This document shows positions 29,038 through 39,446 of a stretch of DNA of 64,000 nucleotides, one piece after another. The DNA comes from a virus: the IMG/VR virus record IMGVR_UViG_3300009177_000720. One strand, 5' to 3'. The notes under the pieces were generated by a model. It saw nothing but the letters and a program-made list of their open reading frames with translations. It made no database searches and was not told the origin of the DNA. Positions within the stretch are counted from its first letter, which is position 1. Every line of letters starts with the position of its first letter. The position numbers were made by a program, and so were the translations under genes.

Positions 29038-29412
29038 TTATTCTGGAGAATTATCAGATCTAGGTCTACGTGACTTGAAGGATTTCTTAGCATCACGAGG
29101 AGGTCTAGGATTATCCATCTCAACACGCTTCCTTTTCATCTCATTGCGCTTTCTCCTACGCTTGTCAGATGCCTTCTCATACGATTGTTTTTCTTTGTAT
29201 AAGGAAAGAATGCGTTCTTTTTGAACTAGTGCCCTAAATGCTCGAAGAGCTTTGTCAAAGTTGTTATTATAAACTTTAACTTCCAAGGGTTGGGCTTGCA
29301 CAGGCTCAATGTGTGCAAATTTGTCGTTGACGACGACTGGCTGCGATTCACCTCCCTTCGGTGCCTTCTTGTAGGAATTTCTCCTTGGTTTCTTATAATT
29401 ACTGTCTCTCAT
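29038..29412 (-). CDS. rpsU: Ribosomal protein bS21 with N- and C-terminal extensions
   Basis: EVKVYNNNFDKALRAFRALVQKERILSLYKEKQSYEKASDKRRRKR. Confidence 0.85.
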   Translation of the reverse strand: MRDSNYKKPRRNSYKKAPKGGESQPVVVNDKFAHIEPVQAQPLEVKVYNNNFDKALRAFRALVQKERILSLYKEKQSYEKASDKRRRKRNEMKRKRVEMDNPRPPRDAKKSFKSRRPRSDNSPE

Positions 29413-29427
29413 TGCTGATGACCCGTT

Positions 29428-30744
29428 TTAACCTTTAAAGTATTTGTCAGTATTAATGGTATTACCATTATTCAAAGCATTTTTGTCTTTTACAAGACGA
29501 GTAAGCGTATTATCTATATCTTTGGTTGTTGGAGCTTTTCTATTATGAGCAATGGCTTCAAACATAGAAGATATATAAAGTTCTCTCAAATAAGCATAAG
29601 ATAGTTCATACTTCTCAGCGCATTTGGCAAGATCGCGGCACTTTTTAGTGTCGATAATATTGCCAAACCACCTCTTAAGGTATATATAAGCCATTTCCTG
29701 ATTTGGAAGAGGGATATCGAACTTTCTATCAAATCTCGATGGTCTACGAGTAATGTTGGTCTTTAGCTTCTTAACATCATTAGCTGTTGCAATAACCAAC
29801 AGACCATTCTTAGAAGAAATGCCATCCAGTAGATTCAAGAAGGTTGAGACATCAAACCCGTTCTCAATAAGAGAGTCCAAGTCTTCAATGTAAAGAAGGG
29901 ACGGGCTTTGTTCTTCTGCGTAAGAGAAGGCTTCACGCAAGGTCTCTGAATTGGCGCCGGGCATAATAGTAACCGGCTTGAAGTTGTACTCAGAGATGAT
30001 AGTTCTAATAATAGAGGTCTTACCATTGCCCGGTTGACCATATAGTAGGAATCCTCTCTTCCAAGGAATCTTCTTTTCTATATAGAAATCACGAGAAGAT
30101 AAAAAGTTCTCTACCAAATCCTTTAATTCGGTCTTAATGTCTTCTGGCAAGAATAAATCATTCCAGGTTGCATCCTTAGTGTATGGAATATCCTCTCCAT
30201 CAACCACATGAATGTGCAGGTTACTACGGTCTCTTTCTTGTACCCACGCATCAAAACTATTACGTAGCTTAAGATAAGCCTCATAATTACTTTCAGATGC
30301 AATTACAAAGAAACTGATTTCATCTTCATTCTGATTTCCCTTATGAAAGAGGGCGGCATGCAAAAACTCTACACCCCTAGCTTGAATTAGGAAAACCCCT
30401 TGTGCAAAAAACTTCTCAAGATCATGATCAGTTTTCCATGAAATGAAAGAGTCTTTATAAAGACAGGTTACGGTGATTTTGTTTTCCTCACAAAACTGCA
30501 TAAATTGTCCATCTACGATGATTCGATTATGAACAAATTTATTCAAACCCTTAGTATCTTTAAGGTGTTGCTTAAAGCAAGCCTCAGTCCAATTCATTAA
30601 ATCAATGAAATTGGCTGGTGGGCGTGGTTCTGACGGAGTCGTTACCTTGCCCTGCATTTGCTTTACTCTTTGCAAGGAAAGATTTTCTTGACGCTCTAAA
30701 TCTTCAGGAGCCAAGTAAGTTTTCGATTCAATTTTTTTATTCAT
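29428..30744 (-). CDS. AAA+ ATPase
   Basis: KRGFLLYGQPGNGKT, YIEDLD, ATAN, RPSRFDR. Confidence 0.88.
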   Translation of the reverse strand: MNKKIESKTYLAPEDLERQENLSLQRVKQMQGKVTTPSEPRPPANFIDLMNWTEACFKQHLKDTKGLNKFVHNRIIVDGQFMQFCEENKITVTCLYKDSFISWKTDHDLEKFFAQGVFLIQARGVEFLHAALFHKGNQNEDEISFFVIASESNYEAYLKLRNSFDAWVQERDRSNLHIHVVDGEDIPYTKDATWNDLFLPEDIKTELKDLVENFLSSRDFYIEKKIPWKRGFLLYGQPGNGKTSIIRTIISEYNFKPVTIMPGANSETLREAFSYAEEQSPSLLYIEDLDSLIENGFDVSTFLNLLDGISSKNGLLVIATANDVKKLKTNITRRPSRFDRKFDIPLPNQEMAYIYLKRWFGNIIDTKKCRDLAKCAEKYELSYAYLRELYISSMFEAIAHNRKAPTTKDIDNTLTRLVKDKNALNNGNTINTDKYFKG

Positions 30745-30775
30745 TCGTAACAGGCTCGTTCTTTCTATTCGAAAA

Positions 30776-32566
30776 TCACGCTGCGTTTACAGATTTGAAT
30801 GGCTTGGTATTCCTGCACTTCGGAAAGGACGAACATGCCAAGAACTTCGAACCATCTGCTTTTGCCGTTCTGGTTGCCATCGGGCTACCACATTGGTCGC
30901 AAAGCAATCCTCCATGACCTAAATATGCCTTATCCAACTCTTTTTTGAATTCTGGAAAAAACTTTTTTAGCATGTCAATATGATTTACTTTACCACTTTC
31001 GATTTCATCGAGTTGATGTTCCATCTTGGCGGTGTAGTTGTAATCCATAAAAGTAAAGTACTGACTCAACTCATCAGTAATCTTTTTGCCAAGATCGGTC
31101 GCATGGTAAACATTACCCTTCTTCTCAACGTAAGTACGTGCAGTAATCTTGCTTAGAAGTTCAGCGTAAGTAGCGGGGCGACCAATGTTTCTGTTTACTA
31201 GTTCTTTGATGAGCTTATCTTCAGAAAAGCGGGGAGGTGGTTGAGTGGACTTCTTTTCCATCTTTAGTGCACCCTTACCCGTCAAGGTAACAGCGTCCCC
31301 AACAGAAACGGCAGGAATATTGATTCCTTCACCATCATCCACACCAAACATTTCTAGATAGCCCTTGTCCTTGAGCGCTTTACCGCCAGCCTTAACCTTG
31401 CATTTAGCATTGCCTTTTGGATGAGCTGTCACGGAAAGAGTATCATACACGGCCGGCGTCATTTGGCTGGCCACAAAGCTCTTCCAAATAGTCTCATAAA
31501 CAATAACTTCATCTGGATCAATAATCGCATATTGCTTTCCAGGCACCAAATCTAAATCCGTTGGATGAATACATTCGTGGGCGTCCTGGACGGCATCCTT
31601 ATTTTTAAAGGCATTTGGCTTAGATGGAGTTGCGTATTTATTAGTTTTCAACCAAGAACGAACGGCTTCGATATCTTCATCGCCAACTCTAACGGAGTCA
31701 GTTCTAATGTAGGAAACATAACCACCTTCATACAAAGACTGAGCCGCCTTCATTGTTCGTTCAGCATCAAATCCATATGTTTTTGACATAATGCGCTGTA
31801 GGGTAGAGGTAACCAATGGTGCCTGCGGACTTCTCTTTTCTTCCGAAGCTAGAACCTCAGAAATAACATAGTCCTTAGTATCAAGGGATGCCTTGGCGGT
31901 ATCAGCATCCGCTTGGTTGGTCAATTTACCCGCATACTTAGCCACAAAGCTTTCACCCTTGGCAGTCGTTAGTTTAGTTTGAATAGTCCAGTAATCTTCT
32001 GGAACGAAGCTTTCAATCTCTCGCTCGCGGTCTATAACCATACGAGTTACCACTGATTGGACGCGACCCGCAGAAAGTTTTGGTCCAAAAAAGTTCATTA
32101 GGAATGGTGAGGCCATAAAACCTACCAAACGATCAAGAATGCGACGAGCTTCTTGAGAATGGAATAGATTCAAATCAATATCTCTAATTTCCTTGAGAGA
32201 TTTTTGAAGAACATCCTTTTTGATCTTATTAAAAACCATTCTCTTAATGGGCTTGCCCGTATCGGCCAGACGAGCCGCCAAATGCCAGGCAATGGCCTCA
32301 CCCTCACGATCGGGGTCGCTTGCAACCAAAATACGGTCTACCTTCTTGGAAGCTGCCAAAAGGGCATCCAGAGTCTCTATCTTGTCTTCCATTAAGACAT
32401 AGCGGGGGCGAAAGTCGTTTTCAATATCAACTCCCAAACCAAACCTGCCACCTTTAGCTAAATCGGTAATATGACCTTTACTAGCCATTACAATATAATC
32501 TTTACCGAGAATGTCTTGAATCTTATGAGCCTTAGCGGGCGACTCAACTATAACTAATGTTTTCAT
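30776..32566 (-). CDS. topA: DNA topoisomerase I (type IA)
   Basis: LVIVESPAK, DPDREGE, SAGRVQS, SYIRTD, C-terminal Zn ribbon. Confidence 0.96.
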   Translation of the reverse strand: MKTLVIVESPAKAHKIQDILGKDYIVMASKGHITDLAKGGRFGLGVDIENDFRPRYVLMEDKIETLDALLAASKKVDRILVASDPDREGEAIAWHLAARLADTGKPIKRMVFNKIKKDVLQKSLKEIRDIDLNLFHSQEARRILDRLVGFMASPFLMNFFGPKLSAGRVQSVVTRMVIDREREIESFVPEDYWTIQTKLTTAKGESFVAKYAGKLTNQADADTAKASLDTKDYVISEVLASEEKRSPQAPLVTSTLQRIMSKTYGFDAERTMKAAQSLYEGGYVSYIRTDSVRVGDEDIEAVRSWLKTNKYATPSKPNAFKNKDAVQDAHECIHPTDLDLVPGKQYAIIDPDEVIVYETIWKSFVASQMTPAVYDTLSVTAHPKGNAKCKVKAGGKALKDKGYLEMFGVDDGEGINIPAVSVGDAVTLTGKGALKMEKKSTQPPPRFSEDKLIKELVNRNIGRPATYAELLSKITARTYVEKKGNVYHATDLGKKITDELSQYFTFMDYNYTAKMEHQLDEIESGKVNHIDMLKKFFPEFKKELDKAYLGHGGLLCDQCGSPMATRTAKADGSKFLACSSFPKCRNTKPFKSVNAA

Positions 32567-32601
32567 GAAAACTCCGATGTCTTTCAATATTTCTGTATAG
32601 T

Positions 32602-33012
32602 TTGATGGATACTAGTCACAGAAACATCATAAATTTTTTTGAAGAGTTACTAACCGACTTAGAGTGTCACCGTGATACTAAAGCCTACATTGTAAGTATT
32701 TACGGAAAATATAAGTCCTCACAATTTGATCTGTCTAAAGATAGTGTCACGATCCTGTTTGCGCAAGCCCGCAATAATCAAGATTTTTTAACCTACCAAA
32801 ATTTGGGAGATTGGATTTTTTTCGCTAATACCTTGGCACCATCTCATCTTCGATTTGCTTCTAAAGACTATTATGATACTGTGGCCCGTTTATCTTATTA
32901 TTCCTGCTACAAGCTCATTAATAGACAGTGGAAGTTGTTTGAAGAACTATCAGATAACTTCTTAAAGTTAGAATCCCAGGTTAAAAACAAATTGGGTGTG
33001 TTGACCTTTTAA
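32602..33012 (+). CDS. Hypothetical helical protein
   Basis: Plus-strand ORF filling the gap; LGD...DYY...LFEELSDNF. Confidence 0.6.
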   Translation: MMDTSHRNIINFFEELLTDLECHRDTKAYIVSIYGKYKSSQFDLSKDSVTILFAQARNNQDFLTYQNLGDWIFFANTLAPSHLRFASKDYYDTVARLSYYSCYKLINRQWKLFEELSDNFLKLESQVKNKLGVLTF

Positions 33013-33467
33013 TCCTCGAATTTGTGCGGAAATCTGCCCCTAGCTTTTCTATTAGTAATTTCGGGGCGATGGGCGGATGCTCTCTCAGAGAAAGCCCACC
33101 GAGTGGCACCACATTCACAGCTTAAATACTCTACAGTATCAAAAATTGGATTAGATCCACGTGTTCTGTGAAGCCTTGGTCTATAGGACGTATAGCTGAT
33201 ACCATGCGTAAATGTACTAAGCTTAGTGAAATACTTAGGATCGTCCCAGTAATAATGATCGCCAACAGCTCGTTTAATAAGGTGCTTCAAACTATCAAAT
33301 CGGGTAACTACCCTGCGGGCATCGTACCAGAGAGTAGCATTTCGTGTATAGTAGTATATTTTGGGGGAACCTCCACACGCTTTACACTTAGTACGAACTA
33401 GGAAAGGTGTAGATAGTTTAACACGAACCCACCTGGGCTTATAATTCCTATTTGAATCATCAATCAT
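33009..33467 (-). CDS. Hypothetical protein
   Basis: ORF with CxxC/CxC. Confidence 0.55.
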   Translation of the reverse strand: MIDDSNRNYKPRWVRVKLSTPFLVRTKCKACGGSPKIYYYTRNATLWYDARRVVTRFDSLKHLIKRAVGDHYYWDDPKYFTKLSTFTHGISYTSYRPRLHRTRGSNPIFDTVEYLSCECGATRWAFSERASAHRPEITNRKARGRFPHKFED

Positions 33468-34809
33468 TGATTTCTTTACTCAGTAAAAGTTTAGCACGGT
33501 CTATGATCTTTTTTCTTACACGATTCACATAGACCATGCCACCCATTTGATAATGGGGCGGCACCCTTAAATGGGTAACAATAACCTCTGTCCCAGGTAC
33601 TATATCCTGTACTTTAATTTTGGAAAAAGTATATTCGGTCACCTTGTCGATTAGGGGCGCTTTGGTATTTTTCTCCATCACGCTCAATAACTTACCAATG
33701 TAATAAGGCTTTGTAATTGAAGCCTTCCTACCACCAATATAAAATTCCTGAGTATTGTTTTTGATATCGAATTTATCTGTAACCATTGCCTCGAAAGTAC
33801 TAATTCCAGCAAAAAGGTTCAAATTAGGATCTAGTAGAGATGTTATCTTGAATTGCTTATTATTCTTCTTAAAAGAAAAGGGAAATGACTCCTCAAGCAA
33901 CCTAATATACTCTTGAAAAACCTTATGTTGAAATCCTCCTGAACGACTAGAGTTCAGAAGATAATCTACCATTTCAACCGGATACCTTTTAAGTAAATTT
34001 GAAAATGATTGGTAGGTTAAACACTTATGCTTAATGGTGAAGTCGGAGCTACTATACGGAACGTTATTGGTTTGATAATCAATAACATCCCTTAGAATCT
34101 TAACCTTATTTTCTAGCTCTTCTTGAATCTCAAGCTGAGACTGAGCATCAACCGTTTTGGATGGTAGGGCATCCTTGAATGTTGTGCCGCTTTCTTGACG
34201 CATATCCAATGTTAGAATTTCGGCGTTACTTTCAGAGGTTGGGTGGTGCATACGCCTTAGAGAAGACCAGGGACCAACGAAGTAACAGTCAAAATATGGA
34301 CATGTGACTATTGGAGATTCGTCCAATGGATGAGGAATAAATCGCTCACAATCATTGCAACGATATCCCATTTTGTTGTGTTTAAAAAACGTCCTGAAAA
34401 AGGAAATCTTTTTCGGGTCAATGGCGTTTCTTAACTCTTCTTCACAATCATCACACCTGAAGAATTTGTTCACAGAGATAACTAAATTTTCTTTGTTCAA
34501 AAACAGACAACCGGGACATAGGTATTCTGTCTTCTTTTTAATTTGCGGAGCTGCCTTCTTTTTGCAGAAGGCATTCGCAATATAAAACAAATAAGAGTCC
34601 AGCTCTTCAAGCGGGGATTCTTTATTCAAAAATGTAACGCAGCCCGTTCTCAACTCATCCGTAAGCTCACTAACGACAGCGCGAATGGATAGCGGATCAC
34701 TATTATGGAAATAGATCTTATGAATGGTAACAATACCCTGACTGTGTTTTTCTAAAAACTCTTCAATCAGGGTATCGACATCAACTAAGCTTGGAGATTG
34801 TTTTTGCAT
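33460..34809 (-). CDS. Hypothetical protein with zinc-binding segments
   Basis: 449-aa ORF with several CxxC. Confidence 0.7.
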   Translation of the reverse strand: MQKQSPSLVDVDTLIEEFLEKHSQGIVTIHKIYFHNSDPLSIRAVVSELTDELRTGCVTFLNKESPLEELDSYLFYIANAFCKKKAAPQIKKKTEYLCPGCLFLNKENLVISVNKFFRCDDCEEELRNAIDPKKISFFRTFFKHNKMGYRCNDCERFIPHPLDESPIVTCPYFDCYFVGPWSSLRRMHHPTSESNAEILTLDMRQESGTTFKDALPSKTVDAQSQLEIQEELENKVKILRDVIDYQTNNVPYSSSDFTIKHKCLTYQSFSNLLKRYPVEMVDYLLNSSRSGGFQHKVFQEYIRLLEESFPFSFKKNNKQFKITSLLDPNLNLFAGISTFEAMVTDKFDIKNNTQEFYIGGRKASITKPYYIGKLLSVMEKNTKAPLIDKVTEYTFSKIKVQDIVPGTEVIVTHLRVPPHYQMGGMVYVNRVRKKIIDRAKLLLSKEIND

Positions 34810-35798
34810 TTGTTACCGAAAATAGAACATACCTCAGCCGCATCTGTATAGGCTATCTGGAACCTTTCCATGAATCTAAGGTTGTCTCGCACAAGCGAGT
34901 CGCCTTTTCCTAGAAGATTCTCAGCTCCCGTAGCATCCAAAATTACTTTAGAATCCACATGGCTCGCTACCCTGCAAGCAATGCGGGCCGGAAAGTTAGC
35001 TTTGATTGAACCGTTGATGATATCAGCCGAGGGGCGCTGAGTTGCCAAGATAATATGTATCTTGGCAGCCCTGCACTTTTGGGCAAGTCTACAAAGACCA
35101 AGATAGAACGCTCCCGCCTTATCTTGCATTATCAGGTCAGCAAATTCATCAATAATAACAACCATACTCTGAAAAGTAGAGGCTGGTTGACCGGCTCTCA
35201 TTAAAGAGTATCTGTACTCCATAATCTCAATAAATGAGTTGATTCTCGCAACCGTATCATCATAGGTATACAATACGTTGATGGAGTCAAACAATCCATC
35301 ATAAGCAACGAACTCAATATTCTTTGGATCAATCAAAGTAATATCTACATCATTGTAGTTTAATAGATTGGCTATGATGTTGTGAAGTAACGTACTCTTA
35401 CCAGAACCAGTAGTACCAGCAACAAGTAAGTGAGGGTTTTGTGCAAGGTCCATCCACAACTTGGTACCATTGACAGATTTGCCCAACAAACAATTGATCT
35501 CCCCTTTAGGGATTCCTCTGTTCGAGAATAGATCAAATAGCTTGAGAGAAGTATTGCGGGGCTGAATAAATTCTAACCTCACCACACCTTCGTTGTGGAG
35601 CACCTTCACACTTGGCTTACAAGGCGTCTTCAGGGCAAGAGAAATCTCATCGCTATACTTTTGAATGTCCTTCACCCGAGCGTTGGGGTTCAGCTTCAGG
35701 TCATAATAAAAATAGTTGTCCACCTGCTTGTGGTCCACGCAGGAAGCCTTAATCTTGAACGACTGAAGAATCTGATTGAAATCTTGAATGAGTTCCAT
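34785..35798 (-). CDS. FtsK/SpoIIIE motor-domain protein (no TM or gamma domain)
   Basis: PHLLVAGTTGSGKS, IDPK, IIDEFADL, LATQRPS, GAENLLGKGD. Confidence 0.9.
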   Translation of the reverse strand: MELIQDFNQILQSFKIKASCVDHKQVDNYFYYDLKLNPNARVKDIQKYSDEISLALKTPCKPSVKVLHNEGVVRLEFIQPRNTSLKLFDLFSNRGIPKGEINCLLGKSVNGTKLWMDLAQNPHLLVAGTTGSGKSTLLHNIIANLLNYNDVDITLIDPKNIEFVAYDGLFDSINVLYTYDDTVARINSFIEIMEYRYSLMRAGQPASTFQSMVVIIDEFADLIMQDKAGAFYLGLCRLAQKCRAAKIHIILATQRPSADIINGSIKANFPARIACRVASHVDSKVILDATGAENLLGKGDSLVRDNLRFMERFQIAYTDAAEVCSIFGNKCKNNLQA

Positions 35799-35845
35799 CT
35801 TGATACTCACCAACGTAAACACTAAAAATAAATTGGCAAGGGCTC

Positions 35846-36253
35846 TTAAAGTTTTACAATTCCGCGATATTTCTCGGCAATTATTTTTTTCAATTCAGCA
35901 AACGTAGGTTTAACTAAGCCTACCTTGTGACCCAACTTGATGCCAGAGGATACCACGGTGCCATGTGGAAATTCTACAATTAAATCGCTCAACTTATTGT
36001 CGCCAATCATATCTGTCGAATAAGGTTCACCTTTACAGATCTGAGTGACAGCTCCCTGGTGACAGAAAACGATATCTAGCGGGCTAGGCGTGTTCTTCAT
36101 CCAAAACTTATTGTATCTCGGATAAGTATAAAGAAAAGACATAACTGGAGGCGGCCACTCTTGACCCATAAGTCCATGAGATTGTTCTTCCTCAGAAATA
36201 GCTAATAGAGTAGGGAATACATTATTGTGTACGTAAATGTAGCCGGATTCCAT
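35846..36253 (-). CDS. DUF192 family protein
   Basis: GLM...FWMKNTPSPLDIVF. Confidence 0.8.
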   Translation of the reverse strand: MESGYIYVHNNVFPTLLAISEEEQSHGLMGQEWPPPVMSFLYTYPRYNKFWMKNTPSPLDIVFCHQGAVTQICKGEPYSTDMIGDNKLSDLIVEFPHGTVVSSGIKLGHKVGLVKPTFAELKKIIAEKYRGIVKL

Positions 36254-38157
36254 TATTTCTTCCCCTTCATAACACGATGTGTCATGTGTAGGTTTCTAGT
36301 TAGACCACGAATAGAGGACAATTGATTATTGACTTTACCAATCATAGGAGTCAATTCATCTATGTTGATATCTTTTTCTAGATGGTCCATAATTTGATCT
36401 ACTGTTTGTCTCATCTCTTCAGCCACATCATAGACTTGTAGACGTTGACCAGAAGTACCATCGAACATGCTTAATTGATGTCTTGTCTTACCAATCCATT
36501 TCTTTAGAAATGCCTGGGCGGTTACTTCTAACTGGTCCGTAGAGGTTAAACTATCAGATGGTGAAGATGACACCGGAGTAGGAGGAACCGGAGTAAGCGG
36601 AGCTGGTGGGCCCGTTACTACTGGAGGTAAAGCTAGGACTGGAGCTGGGGCAGGAGGAACGATAGGTGGAACGTTGACCAACTTCTTCTGTTTTTCTTTC
36701 TCGTAATTCTTCTGTGCCTTTTGACGTTGTTTCTCTTGAAACAAACGCTCCCTTTCTTCAATCTTTTGATTTCTTTCTTGTTCTTTCTCTTGAAGTTTTT
36801 GAGCCTTCTGCTTTTGCTTTTGCTCATGTTCTTGAAGTTTTTTTCTTTGCTTATCAAGACGCTCTTGAAATTTCCTTCTTTCAACAAGTCTATCCAAAAC
36901 TTCTTTTAATGAGCTTTCACTAGTATCAAGAGTTTCATTTAGTTCATTAAGAAGCTCACGATGAAGTTTGATGACAGTATCGGCCCACTTATTCTTTCTA
37001 AGTGAGAACCATCCTAGAGCCTCATTAAGCTTAGTAAAAATAACTGGATCAACTCCATTGTGGATAAACTCAAGTCTTTTAGCCGGAGACATAATCGATC
37101 TATAGTCCGTAAAAATTCTATTGGCAACATTAACGGATTCATTCTCGTTAAGATTATCAATAAGATTCTCGGCACGTTCTTCCCATCTTGGCTTATCACC
37201 AACAATAGCATCGAAAGGAACTTTTGATCGTTCGCTTTCTGGCTTGTCGTCCAATATTCCTTCATGGTCTGGATCACCAGGCTCGGCCTTACCCTCTTCT
37301 TGGGCACGGTCAACCTTTTCCATTTCTTGCTCGACTAGCTTAGCCTTTCCTTCTTCTTCCTTCTTTTTAGATTCCACTACTTCTTTTGGTGGAGCGATAT
37401 CACCACCAGCATCCGGAACCTTAGGAGTCATCATGCCTTTGTACGTAGAAAAACCAGTACGGACGGTTTCCCAATCTCTCCAGACTTGATGCATCATTTC
37501 ATTAGATTCTTCCAAACTTTTTTGGGAAGATTTAACGACGCTAACTTGTAAGTCTTCTAGCTTCTTGTATACCTTAGCACAAGCTGAAAGCAATTGCATA
37601 CGAACTCTACGTACACGAGCGGCTTCACTGAAACCTATGCCTGGATTAAGAAGTTTGGTAAAGAAACGAGTAATAGGATTAGAAGCTTCAGCCACTAAGC
37701 TATACTTCTCTTCAAATGCGCCAGCTACCTTCACCAAGTCCGATTCAGAAGAGGCTACGGCTGGCAAGCTAAGCTGTTGAGATAGATCTGGTGCTGGAGG
37801 CGCTGGTGCGGCAGGAGCAGCAGGAGTTTGTGTATGTGGCAGGTTAAGTTGCTTAGGTTGCTTCTTACGACGGTTTTTTGAATAGTCTACCTGTTGCTGA
37901 ATGATAGAATTACCACGTTGGGCGATTTCCTGGAAATCTCCAGCTAGGGAGCCGATAATGGTGGCCGGATCAGCAGGGATTGGGTCAACAATCCTAGAAC
38001 GTTCAGGGTGGAACTTGGACGGCCATCCGTTCATCATCTTCTTTAAGTGAATTAAATCATTGACAAAAGTGGAAACCTCTTTATTCCACAAAGACTTAGC
38101 CTGGCGCAACTTTTCTTGCACCGGGTCTGCGGATGGTTTTCTTGCAACTTTTATCAT
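36253..38157 (-). CDS. Large hypothetical protein, possibly virion-internal
   Basis: 634 aa; coiled coil and Pro-rich linkers. Confidence 0.65.
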   Translation of the reverse strand: MIKVARKPSADPVQEKLRQAKSLWNKEVSTFVNDLIHLKKMMNGWPSKFHPERSRIVDPIPADPATIIGSLAGDFQEIAQRGNSIIQQQVDYSKNRRKKQPKQLNLPHTQTPAAPAAPAPPAPDLSQQLSLPAVASSESDLVKVAGAFEEKYSLVAEASNPITRFFTKLLNPGIGFSEAARVRRVRMQLLSACAKVYKKLEDLQVSVVKSSQKSLEESNEMMHQVWRDWETVRTGFSTYKGMMTPKVPDAGGDIAPPKEVVESKKKEEEGKAKLVEQEMEKVDRAQEEGKAEPGDPDHEGILDDKPESERSKVPFDAIVGDKPRWEERAENLIDNLNENESVNVANRIFTDYRSIMSPAKRLEFIHNGVDPVIFTKLNEALGWFSLRKNKWADTVIKLHRELLNELNETLDTSESSLKEVLDRLVERRKFQERLDKQRKKLQEHEQKQKQKAQKLQEKEQERNQKIEERERLFQEKQRQKAQKNYEKEKQKKLVNVPPIVPPAPAPVLALPPVVTGPPAPLTPVPPTPVSSSPSDSLTSTDQLEVTAQAFLKKWIGKTRHQLSMFDGTSGQRLQVYDVAEEMRQTVDQIMDHLEKDINIDELTPMIGKVNNQLSSIRGLTRNLHMTHRVMKGKK

Positions 38158-38202
38158 ACAAAGTATGAAGAATTATTGATATTGTTCAGATTTTGAATCC
38201 CC

Positions 38203-38235
38203 AAAACGACAAAACCCCTGAAAAGGGGTCTTGCC
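38203..38235 (-). terminator. Putative terminator after clpP
   Basis: GGCAAGACCCCT-TTTC-AGGGGTTTTGTC stem followed by GTTTT. Confidence 0.5.
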
Positions 38236-38254
38236 TCTCCACAACAAACGATTT

Positions 38255-38851
38255 TTATTCAATAATATGATCGATAATTCCGTACTCTAAAGCTTGCTTG
38301 GCATCCATCCATACATCCGCTTTGCAATCAGTTTTAACCTTTTCTAGGTCGTGGCCGGTATGGTGAGCTAACATCTTCATAATATTATCATTATTATTAT
38401 CTATAAATTCATAATAACTTTGAGAAGTGGTCATATCATGGCCAGGAATTGGGAAACCAAATTGGATTCCATGAATCATTACGCTAGAATTCTTAAAGGC
38501 ATAGCGCTGACCTTTGGTTCCTGCGGCCAATAGAACGGCAGCAGCCGAATAACACTTTCCAATGCAGATAGTCTTAATGGGGGCCTGAATCATTTGCATG
38601 ACATCGTAAATGTTAGATAGTCCAGTAACAGCCCCTCCATTGGAGTGGATGTACATCTCAATCATCTCTTCATGGTCTTCGTTGTCGAAGTAGAGTAACA
38701 TAGCTGAAAGCTCAGCCGCCATTACGTCAGATACGTCCTCAGAAACAAAGATGATGCGATGTTTGGCCAGTTTAACGTAAGTATCTGCGTATCCGGTAAG
38801 AAGCGGGGCGCGCATCTGCTCATGATTGTGAGCATTCTTGTCTTTCTTCAT
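38255..38851 (-). CDS. clpP: ClpP protease subunit with intact catalytic triad
   Basis: CIGKCYSAAAVLL (Ser), MIHG (His), ADVWMDA (Asp). Confidence 0.9.
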   Translation of the reverse strand: MKKDKNAHNHEQMRAPLLTGYADTYVKLAKHRIIFVSEDVSDVMAAELSAMLLYFDNEDHEEMIEMYIHSNGGAVTGLSNIYDVMQMIQAPIKTICIGKCYSAAAVLLAAGTKGQRYAFKNSSVMIHGIQFGFPIPGHDMTTSQSYYEFIDNNNDNIMKMLAHHTGHDLEKVKTDCKADVWMDAKQALEYGIIDHIIE

Positions 38852-38859
38852 AGCATACC

Positions 38860-39444
38860 TTACTTGTTAAAACTAACAACTTTGTCAATTAAATTGTACT
38901 TAGCAGCCTGAAAAGCCGTCATAAAGACCCTTCTCTCAAAATCTTCGGTGACTTTCTTTAACGTCTTTCCAGTAGTCTTAGCTAAGATTTCCATCATTCT
39001 CTTATTGTCGGCCAATGCCAAATCCAAATACTTCTTAGCATCAGTTAAATTGGCATGAGTAATCCAATCATGAGATAACTGATTAACTGCGATTACTGAA
39101 TTTCTGGTTGCAAATCTCATCCCAGGAGTTCCAGAGGCAAGAATGATGGCAGCCTCATCCATGGCAGCGCCAATGCAAACCGTTTCAATCGGCGCATCAA
39201 TCATAGCCATCATATCACAAATCATAAGCGTGTTACGAATATCACCACCCTGAGAGTTAATGAAAAGAGTTATCTTTTTCTCCGAATCTTCGGAATCCTT
39301 CAAAAGAAGGGTTGCCGTAATATCGGTTGCTAGACTATCACTTATTTGATCGCAAACAAACAAAATACGATCATTGGATAGCTTTTGATAAACGTCAATC
39401 GGCATCTCGCCATGATCAGTAGTTTCGGTTACAATGGTATTCAA
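38860..39444 (-). CDS. Catalytically inactive ClpP paralogue (ClpR-like)
   Basis: ClpP fold (INSQGG); triad positions read GAAMDE, AVNQ and ERRVFM. Confidence 0.8.
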   Translation of the reverse strand: MNTIVTETTDHGEMPIDVYQKLSNDRILFVCDQISDSLATDITATLLLKDSEDSEKKITLFINSQGGDIRNTLMICDMMAMIDAPIETVCIGAAMDEAAIILASGTPGMRFATRNSVIAVNQLSHDWITHANLTDAKKYLDLALADNKRMMEILAKTTGKTLKKVTEDFERRVFMTAFQAAKYNLIDKVVSFNK

Positions 39445-39446
39445 AA

